From the human T2T-CHM13v2.0 reference genome, Homo sapiens: 64,000 nucleotides of DNA. A program made the translations under genes and the position numbers. Below are positions 1 through 52,945 of the stretch, one piece after another (position 1 is the stretch's first letter; every line of letters begins with the position of its first letter). Under the pieces are notes generated by a model. That model searched no databases and was not told where the DNA came from. It saw only the letters and a list, made by a program, of their open reading frames with translations. Location of the stretch: the NCBI RefSeq assembly GCF_009914755.1, contig NC_060935.1; one strand, written 5' to 3'.

Positions 1-86
1 ATCCATTATACAGCCTTGCTTTTATTCCTAGTGGTTTATCTACATTAGTTTTTGTTTTTGTTGTTGTTTGTTTTTTTATTTGGTTG

Positions 87-367
87 GGTTTTTTTTTTTT
101 TTTTGACACAAATCTCACTGTCACCCAGGCTGGAGTGCAGTGGCATGATTGCTGCAGCCTTGACCTCCCAGGTTCAGGTGATCTTCTCATCTCAGCCTCC
201 CAAGTAGTTGGGACTACAGGTGCATGCCACCATGCCTGGCTAATTTTTTCGTATTTTTATTTATAGACTCAAGGTCTCCTTATGTTGCCCAGGCTGGTCT
301 CGAAATCCTGGGCTCAAGCGATCCTCCCGCCTCCGTTGGCATTACAGGCATGAGCCACTGCGCCTGG
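87..367 (-). mobile_element. Alu (AluJ-like)
   Basis: Poly-T then the reverse Alu body. Confidence 0.9.
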
Positions 368-651
368 CAGTTTATCTACTTCGGAAAACAAAAGCACTTT
401 CTCTCTTTTAAGGTTTTATTCCATTAGATAGTGAACAGATTTTCTAAGACAACTAGTGATACTCATTTGGTTTACCTCTGTCTTCCCTTACTAGACTATA
501 AGTTACTAGAGGAGAGGCGTGATGTTTTATTTTTGAATCCCACCACCTAGAAAGTGCCTAGCACATAGCAGGTACTTTAAGAAAGTGTTTATTAAATGAA
601 CAGAAAAATTCCTTGAAACTGATTATAAGACATTTCTGATTTGTCATCTAG

Positions 652-840
652 ACCAGTGGTTGTCAAAGCGTGATCTTTAAATCAGCAGTACTGGTATCAC
701 CTGTGAGTTTGTTAGACATGCACATTGAGAGGCTGGATCCCAACCCAGTGTATCAGAGTCTCTGGAGATAGGGCCCAGGCAACTGTGATTTAACAAGCTA
801 TCCAGATGTTTCTGAATTGTTACAATTTGAGAACCATTGA
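652..840. mobile_element. MER5-like hAT DNA transposon remnant
   Basis: CAGTGGTTGTCAAAG...TTTGAGAACCATTG terminal inverted repeats. Confidence 0.7.
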
Positions 841-892
841 CCTAGACAGTATTTTCCTTTAAAATACAGTATTTTTCTTTAAAAGCTAATAA

Positions 893-1197
<305 letters not shown>

Positions 1198-2463
1198 TAA
1201 AAGCTAATGACAATATTTAAAAGCTAAAGATAGTATTTGAAAGCTAAAGGCAGTATTTTTCTTTAAAAGCTAATGTCATTTTATACATCTAAAAAACATT
1301 ATGCTGAGCAAAAGAAGCCAGATACAAAAGAGAACATACTGAATTATTCTATTTATATGAAGTTCTACAATAGGCAAAACTAATATGCAAATATAGGCAA
1401 AACAGAATAGTGGCTGCCTGGGGAGAAAGAGAGGAGAGGTTTGACTGGGAAGAGGCATGAGAAAACTTTCTGAGGTGTTGGAAAGCTCCATCTGTATCTT
1501 GATGGTGTGTGGATTATATGGGTGTATGCCTGTGTCAAAACACATGGAACTATATACTTGAGATCTGTGCATTTCACTGTATATAAGTGAAATAAATACA
1601 AACAGAGTTAAAATAATGCCATTCTAATTCCTTCTGTATAAGTCTTATCAACAGGAGATACATGTTAATAGACTTGTCTTAAGAAGGTCTATAAGATCCT
1701 CCACGATCTGGCCCCTTACCTTCTTTTCTAGCCTTCTCTGTTACCACACTTTTGTCACCTTCTCTTTTCAGTCCTTCACCAGCACTGACCTTTCAGTGTA
1801 CCAATGGCGTTTGTACTCTTCTCATATTCCTGCGCCAGGACTTTTGCACATGCTGTTATCACTCCCTAGAATGTTTCTCCTTCTCTTCTTAATGGGAGAC
1901 TGGTTAACTCCCATTCTTCTTTTAGTTCTACTCTTCTGTCTGTTTCTCAGGGAAACCCTCCCATGTCTCACTTTATTACACACGTCCATGGAAACTTTGT
2001 CCAGCTGCTGTGTATGCCTGTGCAGCTTGTTCATCTAAACAAGGGTTCCCAGCTGAGGTGACAACTAAAACTAAAATCAAATTTGTGCTCCACTCACAAA
2101 GCCTTGCACACGGAGCAGGGTTGTATCAATCTGGAAAAGGGGGTGCCTTTTCTAATTTACCAAAGTCATTGTTTGCTTGCCAAGCTTTACCTACTCTGGG
2201 CTCTTTCTGCTATGGCCTTTTAAAAAATAGCACAAAGATACCATATGGGCTAGCAGCAGCCCTGACCTTGTACTTCCCCTTCATACCACTTACCACGGTA
2301 ATTTCACATTTATTTGGTTAATGCTTGTTTCTCCTACTTGTCAATAAGCATGATGACAGCAGGAAATTGTCTGGTTTTGCTTATTGTCAAGTTTCCTCAG
2401 CACCTGGAACAGTGTTGGGCACACAGTAGGTACTCAGTAAATATATATTAAATCTATTCGTTA

Positions 2464-2766
2464 TTTTTCTTTTTTTTTTTTTTAAGACAGAGTTTCACTC
2501 TTGTCACCCAGGCTGGAGTGCAATGGTGTGATCTCAGCTCACTGCAAACCTCAACCTCCCGGTTTCAAGCTATTCTCTCACCTCAGCCTCCCGAGTAGCA
2601 GGGATTACAGGCTCCAGCCACCACGTCAGGCTAATTTTTGTATTTTTAGTAGAGACGGGGTTTCGCCATGTTAGCCAGACTAGTCTCGAACTCTTGACCT
2701 CAGGTGATCCACCTGCCTCGGCCTCTCAAAGTGCTGGGATTACAGGCATGAACCACCACGCCCGGC
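2464..2766 (-). mobile_element. Alu (AluS-like)
   Basis: Full dimer flanked by an ATTCGTTATTT duplication. Confidence 0.92.
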
Positions 2767-4074
2767 CCCATTCGTTATTTCTTAACGCTGGATGAATATT
2801 AGGCTGTTTGAAGGTAGAGACTGTGTCTTATTTTCTTTTTTATTGTCCCCTCCTCCCCATTGCCCCTGGAATTATCCTACTGCTTTGCATGTAAATGGCA
2901 TTCAGTAAATTCTTCCTGATTGATTTGAAAACGTTCAAATAAGCCATATGATGTTCTGTTCATAGAAAACCAGATCTGCAAGCATATGATTACACATTGC
3001 ATGAATGATGATGAACAGCTGCTATTTATGAAGCAGAAGAGACAAAAATGTTGAATGAATGAGAAATAGACTCCAGTTGAAATGGGAAGGATTTAATTTA
3101 GCTTTTGAAACTCATTTCCTGATATGAAGCTTACAAGATACCAGGAGACAATGCCAAGGAACGCTGTGAATTTTCTTTTTCTATATAAGTAAATGATCTT
3201 GGAAAGTTCCAAGATGGATCAACCACTTACTTGAAGGCTAAGGGGTATTTCTTACTGAATTCTCAACAGCCAAGTATGAGATAGATATTTTAAAGTAAGT
3301 TTTTATTTTGGAATACTTTTACAGAAAATTTACTAAGAACAAAGATAGCATAGAGAGTTCCTGTATTCCCCTCATCCAGTTTCCCTCATTATTAACATCT
3401 TACATTACCATGTTACATTGGTCAAAATTAAGTAAAGACTGAAATCCGTACATTACTATAAACTATGCTATAGATTCTTTGTTTGTTTTCCCAGTTGTAT
3501 CTTCTTTCTGTCCCAAGTGAGATAGCTTTTTAAAGTTCTTTGATACTTTATAAACAATTCTGTGGTCTAAAGACCAAGCTCTGTGCATAGAATTACATAA
3601 ATTTAGAGCTGCCTGGGTCCCTCATCTTGAGGTAAAAGTGCTTTGGCTTTCCAATCAATTGAACACAATCTCTAGTACTGCCACTTGAACAGCTGTGTGT
3701 CTTTGGGCATACTGTTTACTTATCCTAAGTCTTAGTTTCCTCATTTGTAAAATGTGGGTAGTAAGACCTCTCCAACTGTGATGGTTCCTGAGATCTTTCA
3801 CAGTAGGAGAATGCAGTGTTGAGAAACGTACAAATTTTTCTTTTTTAGAGAAGTAGGTCTCCTTATGCAGCGCAGCCTGGCTTTGATATCCCGGGCTCAA
3901 GCAATCTTCCTGCCTTAGTCTCTTGAGTAGCTGGAACTACAGGTACACATCAATGCACTCAGCAAAACTTATTTTTAATAGGTAATTAGACTTTTATGGT
4001 TATTAAATTAATACCACAAAAGTAGTACTCTGCATGGAACACCTATGACATTTTACATATCTTAAATTAGTAAC

Positions 4075-4445
4075 AAAGACTCTCCTCTGAGCCCTCTTCT
4101 CCATCTTCCTGTCTAGCTTGCCTGGCTCAGCTGTAGCAAGAATTCTGCATCAGTTTAGAGAAAAACCCATACCCTGGATATCTGATCACCCCGGCCTTTT
4201 TTAGCACAAATTCTGTTAAGTTGGTGTAGCAAAAATTTCCCCATTCTTGATGTCTCTTCTTAGTAATTTTCCAACCACCAACCCCTCCAACTTTGCTCCT
4301 TGACTATACATCCCCACTCCTTGCTGTAATTTGGAGTTGAGCCTGATCTCTCTCCTATTGTGATAGTCTTGACAGCTATCAAAATAGTCCTGAATTAAGT
4401 GTTCCTTACTATTTTAACAAGTGTCAGAATATTTTTCCTTTAATG
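4075..4445. mobile_element. ERV1-class solo LTR fragment (MER31-like)
   Basis: Resembles recalled MER31 sequence (GGAGTTGAGCCTGATCTCTCTCC; AACAAGTGTCAGAAT). Confidence 0.55.
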
Positions 4446-5929
4446 TAGTGACAATAACGTAGTAATATAAACTAATTTCCATTTATCACCCCTGATTCAT
4501 CAGAAACATTTTAAAAATAACCCCTTCAAGTTTTAATAAGCCTCTTTAAACTATTTTTGCTTTGTTACAGATAATATGAATGCTGTAAGGCATTTTTCTA
4601 CCATATGTGTCCTTTATCCAAATGTTCAGCACTTTTCTAATTTTATGACTAGACGTTGACTCCCACTTCCCAGCTCCCACTAATCTCTCACACACGGAGT
4701 AATTTTAATTTGAAATGCTTTAGTCAATTATCCTTTACTTGTAGAACTATATTTCAGAAACGTCCTTCCCTTTGTTGGGAAAGATGTTCTTAACAAAGGG
4801 AAGGATGTTTCTGTCTGCTGATGAAAATGTCATGCCAAAGCACGTCTTACTTTCTCAGGAGCTTACTCTACTCCAGTCTCATCTCTTCTCACCAACTGAG
4901 GAGTGCTTAGTAGTGCCTGGAACATTGGAAGTACTGAACAAATGACTGCCGTCATTGAGACCTCAACTTTAATTTTTTTTCGGCTTCTTTATTTCAAAGT
5001 CTTCACTGCAGAAACCTCTCATTCTGACCTGCCTTTGCTTTACTTCCTTTTCTCATTCTCAACCAAGAGTTCTCTCTTTATCTACAAAAGAAAGAGTGAC
5101 TTGCAATCTGCAGATAAGGAAACTGATGTCCTGGTTATAAAGTTATCATGCAGAAATAATTCAAGTATACTAGAATTTTATGGATGGTGCACTCTAGGTG
5201 GGTAATGAGGTCTAGAAGAGAAAAGATATACAACATCAAGCAGGTGCCCAAGAAATGGTAGGTCCCTTTCTCCCTTCCTGCCTCCTCATTTTTACAGATG
5301 AGGACATTTTTACAGAAGCCCGAATAGATAAGTAGTCACAATCATGTTCTAAGAAAAACAAAAAAAAGGTGGCGGATGCCGTATTTTATTTTTCGTCATC
5401 ACTCTCCTTTTCCTGCTGCTCATTCAGTTATGGTTTCATGACCCATATAATAATTCCACAAGGCTCACCAATGTTATCTGGCACCTGCTAGAGAATAGAT
5501 ATAGTAACAGAGGCAAATATTTTGGTGAAGTTTAACAGTTGTGTTGCCTTCTAGAATTTCATTGTATCTGATGTGCAAAAACAAGCAAAACATTGTCGGT
5601 TAAGTATCACAATCTCATAATGGAGATGAGCACTGATTCTTAGGCCTTGGCGTAGTTCAGGGCCTATCCTTTAGCAGCTAAAAAGAGCACTTTGGCTGTA
5701 ACTCATTGGAGTCTAGTCTCATAATGTTAGGATATTTCTATTTAAGTCTTAACCACTATTGGTAGCAACTGGAAGGATAATCATTCATTACAATAAATAG
5801 TCAACAGAATAAATATCCGACAAGAATTTACGAAGCGTCTAGAGTATAATTCGGTAGCGCTTTGAAATCCACCCTGGGATTCGGAAACCGGGTAGAAAAC
5901 TACCTGGTTCAGCAAACGAGAATTCAAAC

Positions 5930-40922
<34,993 letters not shown>

Positions 40923-41114
40923 AATACTTTTGCCTAATCAAAATTAGAGTGTGTTTGTTGTCTGTGTAAAATAGAATTAATGTATCTTGCTAGTAAGGGC
41001 ACGTAGAGCATTTAGAGTTGTCTTTCAGCATTCAATCAGGCTGAGCTGAATGTAGTGATGTTTACATTGTTTACATTCTTTGTACTGTCTTCCTGCTCAG
41101 ACTCTACTGCTTTT

Positions 41115-41188
41115 AATAAAAATTTATTTTTGTAAAGCTGTGTGTTTAGTTACTTTCATTGTGGTGAAAAAAAGTTAAAAGTAATAAA
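41115..41188 (+). terminator. EED polyadenylation signals (AATAAA at 41115 and 41183)
   Basis: Two canonical hexamers ~190-260 nt after the stop, each followed by GU/U-rich sequence. Confidence 0.8.
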
Positions 41189-42484
41189 ATTATGCCTTAT
41201 CTTTTTATAATGGTTGTTTTTTGTAGTTCTCTTAACCAGAGAAAGTTTTGTAATACAGAGATTAAGTATAGGCTCTAGAACTAAAGTGAATTCAAATCTT
41301 GGCTCTCCTACTACGTGACCTTGGATAAACAACTTCTCAATGCTTGGTTCCTTGTGTATAAAACAGGGATAATAATACTTGCCTTGGGGTTATTGTGAGG
41401 ATCAAATGATTCGTTATGTGTGAGACAGTTAGAACAGTATTTGACATATAATAAGCCCTAAATGTATTCTGTGTTTATAATTATTGGAGATTATAGTTCC
41501 TATGGTTTTATATTTTTTAATGATTTCTTATGTAATAGTTTCATAAGTAATATTTAAAATTCTACAGAGTTAGAACCTCTGATAATGTTTAACTGTAACC
41601 TTTCTTTATAGTTTAAAAAATATTACTGCCATTAGATTTGGAACTAGGCCATTGGTAACCTTAGAGGAGATATCATTAGGGCAAAGGAGGAGAGGATATA
41701 GAAGTTTAAATGCAGTGGGTTGGATCATGAAAGAGATGGCAAGTATGTCCATGTAGTGAGTTGTTGCCCCTTTTCTAGAAGGATGTTACTGGCTAAGAGG
41801 GATTAAGTAGATTGAGATCATAAGGTTGGGAATAGTTGGTTATTTTGTCTCCAACATAAGGCACACTGCATTTATTTGTGGGCAAAAATTCCCTAAAGAG
41901 TGAAGACCAAGATCACATGTGGAGGGGTTAACTTGAAGCAGAGGAGTGAAGAAAGCCTGAATGATCATAAAGCTAAGGTTGGAGGTGAAATGAGGTGAGC
42001 CAGAGAAAAATACAAAAGACTGAATTTTGTCAGGTTTTTAAAAAGATTCATGAACTTGTTTCTATAAATATGTATATTTTTAAAGTTTAGTTTTGATATC
42101 TTGTACAGTGTTTGATACTGCCCCTTTTTGAGCTATCTCTGAAGCACAGTTTACTTCTCTGATAATAGTATAATGCTTAAGTCTGAATAAACAGGAAAAC
42201 TTACTGCCTTTTACTGTCTTGGTCCAATGAACGCTTCAATTGTTTTTTAGAAATTTTAATAGGAACTTCAAGAAGTAAACCTTTATAGCAAGTAAATTCT
42301 TACGTACAGCATCACAAAAGACAAGGAATACTGTCATATCCTTTTAGCAAAATGAGATTGCCTAGGTTCTTGTTGCAAAATACCACATAATGAAATCCTT
42401 CCTGTTGCATGATTAACTGGGTGAGAATATCATCTTTCCTTTTGGTCCGTAGAAATGTATTATTCACTACTCCATTCTTGAGGT

Positions 42485-42702
42485 TTGTTTTTTAATTTTT
42501 TTGGAGACAGTCTCACTCTGTTGCCCAGTCTGGAGTGCAGTGGTGCGGTCTCAGACGTCTCACTGCAACCTCTGTCTCCCAGGCTCAAGTGATTCTCGTG
42601 CCTCACCCTCCCAGGTAGCTTGGATTACAGGTGTGTGCCACGATGCCCAGCTAATTTTTGTATTTTTAGTAGAGGCGGGGTTTTATCATGTTGACCAGGC
42701 TA
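42485..42702 (-). mobile_element. Truncated Alu
   Basis: Reverse Alu ending abruptly at ~42702. Confidence 0.85.
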
Positions 42703-43034
42703 GAATATCGAGTGTTAAAGTTAGTGCAGATAATGAAAGATCCAGGAGTCAGAACTCACAGGCCAGTTATCAGCCACATGTTTATACTCTATTTTTGCCC
42801 TCTCTCCTTTCCCTGAAATACTAAGGAAGTAACATCTCTTTTCCTAATGGATGTTATCCAGAGGCCCCAGTCACCAGTTATCTCATTAGCCTACAAAAAC
42901 ACATTATTTTCACTCAAGTGATCTCAAGGTTCTTAGAAGTTATATCAGGAAATGGAAATCAAGAAGAAATTATATTCTCAAGGGTCTTAGAAGTTGTATC
43001 AGGAAATAGAAACCAAGAAGAAATTATATATATG

Positions 43035-44350
43035 TCTTTAATTGACCATTGTGTATATTTATAGGGTACAATGTGATGCTTCATACATGTATACAATGTA
43101 GAATGAGCAAATTGGGCTAATATATCCTTCACTTTGTTCCTCATCTTAAAGGAAAAGCCTCCAACTTTTCACTAATGAGTATGATGTTAGTTATTGGCAT
43201 GTCACACATGGCCTTTATTGTGTTGAGGAACATTCATTCCTTCTATACCTATTTTGTTGGGAGTTATCATGAAAGGGTGTTGAATTTTGTCAAATGCTTT
43301 TTCTGCCTCTATTGTGATAATGTACAGTTTTTGTCCTTCATTCTGGTAATATGGTGAATCACACTTATTAATGTGCATATGTTCAAACATCCTTGCATCC
43401 CAGGGATAAATCCCACATGGTCATGGTGGATGATTCTTTTAATGTATTGCTGAAGATGATGGTTTGCTATTATTTTGTTGAGTGTTTTTGTATTTACGTT
43501 CATCAGGGATATTGTTTCTGCTAGTGTCCTTGGTCTGGCTTTGGTATCAGGCTAATACTGTCCTCGTAAGATGAGTTTGGAAGTATTCCTTGCTCTTCAT
43601 TTTTGGGAAGAATGTGAGGATTGGTATTAATTCTTTAAATGTTTAATAGAAACAGAAAAGTGCCGTCTTGGGCTTTTCTTTGATGAGAGACTTGGTGTAT
43701 TAACAGTTGTAATATTTCCTCTTTCATTTCTGATTTGAGTCCTTTTTTTCTTATTAAGTGTTGCTATAAGGGTTTGTCAATTTTGTTTAGCTTTTTGTTT
43801 TTTCATTTTTTTATTTTCTATTTCATTTATTTCTGCTCTGATCTTTGTTATTTCCTTCCACTAACTTGAGGTTTAGTTTGTTCTTTTTCTAGTTCCTTGA
43901 GGTGTTGAGGTTTAGGTTGTTGGTTTGCGATCTTTTTTAATGCAGGCATTTAATGCTATAAACTTCCCTCTTAAAACTGTTTTTGCTGCATCCCATAAGT
44001 TTTGACATGTGTTTCCATTTTCATTTGTCTCAAGGTATCTTTATATATGTTTCTAGAGTCGGGGTCTTGCTATGTTGTTCAGGCTTAGAGTTCAGTGGCT
44101 ATTCGCAGGTGCAGTTATAGCTGTCACTGCACCCTCGAACTCCTGGGTCCAAGTGATCCATTCCTGCCCCAGCTTCCCAAGTAGCTACGACTGTAGGCAT
44201 GCATCACTGTGCCAGGCTTTCAAGACATCTTTCATTTTCTCTTGTAGTTTCTTTTTTGACCCAATAATTGTCCAGTATATTTCTTACACAGTGTCTTAGG
44301 AAAGATAAAACCAGCTTTGATATGTTGAGTATTATGTTTCCGAAAAGACA
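43035..44350 (-). mobile_element. Antisense L1 ORF2 (RT region) fragments
   Basis: Minus-strand peptides [18 protein letters not shown] and EAEKAFDKIQHPFM. Confidence 0.88.
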
Positions 44351-45159
44351 AGACAGGGTTGTTTTTCTTAACTTTATACTTGAAAGTTTCAAACATATAG
44401 AAGAGTGAAGAGAGTAGTGAATACTATGAACCAAGTCAAGCTTCAACAATTATCAATACATAGCCAATCTTGATTTATCTATACATCTACACCAGATTGT
44501 TTCGAAGCACATCCCAGACTTTATTTTAACTGTAAAAATTTACTCTATATTTCCAAGAAAGACTTTAAACAAAATATCAATACCATGCTCACCCTTTAAA
44601 AAGTAATTTCTAAATTATATATGCAGTTTATTTAGAAGTATAAAGAAAAAAGTAAAAACTACCTTTAATTTTTGTACACAGAAATAATTGCTTTTAGTGA
44701 TGGGATGTATTTTGTGTGTGTAAGTTTAAAGAATTGTGATTGTCTGAATATATTGTTTATATGCTGCATTTTCAGATTCCCAGTAATTCTTAACAGATTA
44801 TTCTGCTTGCATATCTTTTAATACATTTCCATGAATGTACCATTATCTATTTAATGCCTTGTTGTTGGACATGTTCATTTCTTCCAGATTTTTGCTATTA
44901 TAGGTAGTATTTTGAATAACAGGCCAGTACACAAGTCTTTGTGTAACTCTCAGGCTCATTTTATAATTAGATAGGATATTTCTTTCTTATTAAGTTTGTA
45001 CCAAATTACACTTGCCCCAACACATATGGTAGTACCCATTCCAGTTTTGTTGTTACTAGTTTCCTGTATATTATCTCTGCAGATCAGGGTGTTTTTTCTG
45101 TAAAGAGCTAGATAGTACATATTTTAGGCCTTGCCATACAGTCTCGTCATAACTATTCA

Positions 45160-45381
<222 letters not shown>

Positions 45382-45959
45382 TTAGCCAGGCATGATGGTG
45401 CATGCCTGTATTCTCAGCTACTTGGGAGGCTGAGGCAGGAGGGAAAAAAAAGAACAACAAACAACAGGCAGTTGGCTAGATTCTGTCCACAAGCCATAGT
45501 TTGATAACCCCTTCAGTGGATACTAGTTATTAAAGCAAAACAAACAAAATAAGTCTTAAGGAGGCCCCTAAAGTTGTTGAAGATTTAAGTCAACCGAATA
45601 GTTTATAATCAAAGATCACCAGATTGACAATGAAGCAAGCTCTATGGCTGAGGGTTGAAACAATAAAAAATAAAAAAATAAATAAAAATAGACCACCAAA
45701 GACTTTAGATATTGCAATTTTCAGGTAATATAAAACAGCCACCTTATTTTAAAATTGCAACTCTCCTTCCTCTCTGTACTTTCTCCTTGTTTTGTTACTC
45801 TCCATTTCAATTATCACCTACTATACTGCGTAATTTGCTTATTTGGTTTATTGTATTTCTTCTGCTACTGTGATGTAGTCTATATGAGAGCAGGGTTTTT
45901 ATTTCACTGCTATAACCCCAGCACCTAGAGCAGTGCCTTTCATGTAACAGGGGTCAGAA

Positions 45960-46302
45960 TTAAACAGTCATAAAAATAAGCTAACAGTAAGAGGCTATGA
46001 TGACTGACGAGGTGAATATGAGAGGGAAACAAATAGAACTTTTACAAATGAAAAATACATTTGTTGAAGTAAAAAATTCAACGGATGGGTTAGATTAGTC
46101 ACAGCTGAATAGAAATTAGTGAATTGGAGGTGATCTGTAGAAATTACCAGAATGTGGCACAGAGAATCAAGAAAATGGAGAATATGAGAGGTTAAGAAAT
46201 ATAGAGGATAAAATGAAAAGATCTAACAATATATTTAATTGGAGATCCAGAAAAAAAAAAAAAAAAGAGAATGAAGTGAAGGAAATATTTGAAGAGGTAA
46301 TT
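45960..46302 (+). mobile_element. Old L1M ORF1 fragment directly abutting the EBLN
   Basis: A-rich coiled-coil/RRM-start sequence of L1 ORF1 (…AAAAGATCTAACAATATATTTAATTGGAGATCCAGAA…GAAATATTTGAAGAGGTAAT). Confidence 0.7.
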
Positions 46303-47175
46303 ATCTTACTTGCTACCAGGATACTTGAGTGCCATGTGGGCATGTATGATAGAGCTAGGAGAAATAGCAGGTGGTTCTGGCATCTTCCTTACCATCGTGT
46401 CTCCCACTTTGACTGCAGTCGTGACCACTGATGTGCCAGTCTGCTTCAGTCTCTACCAAGCCCAGAACTTCACCCTCTATCGGGTCCTGAGGAAAAGCAG
46501 CTTCCACGGTTTATTTCAAGCTGGATGAGGATCCAATTGATGCCATATCCCTGTTGTAGCCTTTTGTGGTGAGACAAGGCGCTCATCAGGACAGCAGATT
46601 CTTCAAAGCCTTCCACACCAATGTGAAGGACAGTAAGATGTGGAAGTTCCTGGGTTTTGTTTTTGGACAATGGGAACCAAGGGTGGCATCCCTACACTCC
46701 ATAGTGTAGGGCCTGACACGATGTAAACTCCCTCCTCCAGTAATCATTCATCAAGAGTTTCAGTGTTGTGATAACCTGTGAGTTCTCCACATAGTGGCAC
46801 ATCATGGACCTCATTTCCTTCCTGGATTACAACTGCACCTTGGACAGTGAGGGCTCTTTTGGAAGTGCACACCTAGCTGACCTGCCCTCCAACTCAAAAG
46901 TGGACAAGACCTGTTCAGAGGTGTTAAGCACCCCCACACTCAATGTCCATTCAGGCCAAAAGTATGCTCTTTGCCCCAAGGGAACCAAAGTCATGATGAC
47001 ATATGCCAGAGCTTGGGTAAAGGATACAGTGAGGATTCTTGGATTTCAGAACAAAGTATTCCTGGAGCCCCCTGTACTTCATGAAGCCTATGTCCAGCTT
47101 GTTGTCAAAGAAATGTAGATTAATTCAAAAGGAACACAGGATTCTATCGGTCCTTTTCCTAGTCCTGAAGACAAG
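46303..47175 (+). pseudogene. Endogenous bornavirus-like nucleoprotein element (EBLN), degenerate and 5'-truncated
   Basis: Frameshifted translation gives five collinear motifs matching bornavirus N (see findings); at least 3 frameshifts and several in-frame stops. Confidence 0.8.
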
Positions 47176-47228
47176 GTCAGCTATGTAATATCCAGGGCCC
47201 AGTGCAAAATGAAAAGGCAAACTCCTTG

Positions 47229-48743
<1,515 letters not shown>

Positions 48744-49089
48744 TGACAAATAGGATGAAGTCTTGGGGTGTTTCGAAGGAAAAAAAATGGGGTGAGAAAG
48801 GAATAAGAGGTGGCTTTGAGTATATCATCTACTACAAAATACTGGAAAAAGGCTGGTAGAAACTCAGTGACTTTAAAATTATCTTTAAGCAAATGCCTGA
48901 GAAAGGCAAAAGTCTAAAGAAATGATGGTCACTTTTTCCAGAAGTGCTTAAAGAATTGAAATGCTCCTTTGAGGCAAAGGGGACAGTCATTCTGCTTAAT
49001 TGCATCTTCAGGCTTGAACAAGGTATCATCTAGGACAGTAGGTTTTAAATTTTTTTTAATGCAACCCACAGTAAGAAATAGACTATACA

Positions 49090-49541
<452 letters not shown>

Positions 49542-50099
49542 TCACAACCTGCCCATGGATCTCAGCCTGCAGTGTGAAACACAGTAACCTAGGGAAAATG
49601 AGTCTAGATGGCTTTTACCAAGGGTAGTGGAAGTGGGGCCCACATTGTGAGAAATACAACCATAAGTAAAAAGTGCTAAATGGCCTCTCTTTAACCAGAG
49701 ACCACAGTCTGTAACTTCCCCTGCTTTCAGTGGTTACCTCTGGGTTTCCCCTGTTGTGATTTATAGAAAATGACTATCACTTTGGAATTGAGCTGGTGGA
49801 TTTCTACAAAGATTCTTGGTATTTCATGGTTATTTTCTGATGTAGAGCAAGACTTCATGTGAATGAAAGCAGATTCATTTTGCCTTTCTTGCTTGGGTAC
49901 CCCAGGCTGATGTGGAATAAAAAATTGTTGGGTGATTTCTCTTACATTTCTGCATAATGAGTGAGGGAAGTGTGTGTGTTTAATTCCGAAACCAATAAAC
50001 TGGGTTGCCAGAAAATCATTGATCATAAGAAGTGTATGGCACTGAACTGACACCCTGTGCTATATGGGCCATTATTTTTCTTCATTGCAAAATCACTAT

Positions 50100-52945
<2,846 letters not shown>

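Noticed and set aside
46430-46550. Resemblance to gasdermin N-terminus or THEMIS CABIT domain (NFTLYRVLRK…VYF)
   Set aside because: Only a single short motif matches; bornavirus N explains five collinear motifs over ~750 nt
46804-47118. 104-aa ORF as an intact protein-coding gene
   Set aside because: It is a remnant of the EBLN and appears to leave the N-homologous frame internally (WTVRALLEVHT*LTCP lies in another frame); no independent evidence of expression
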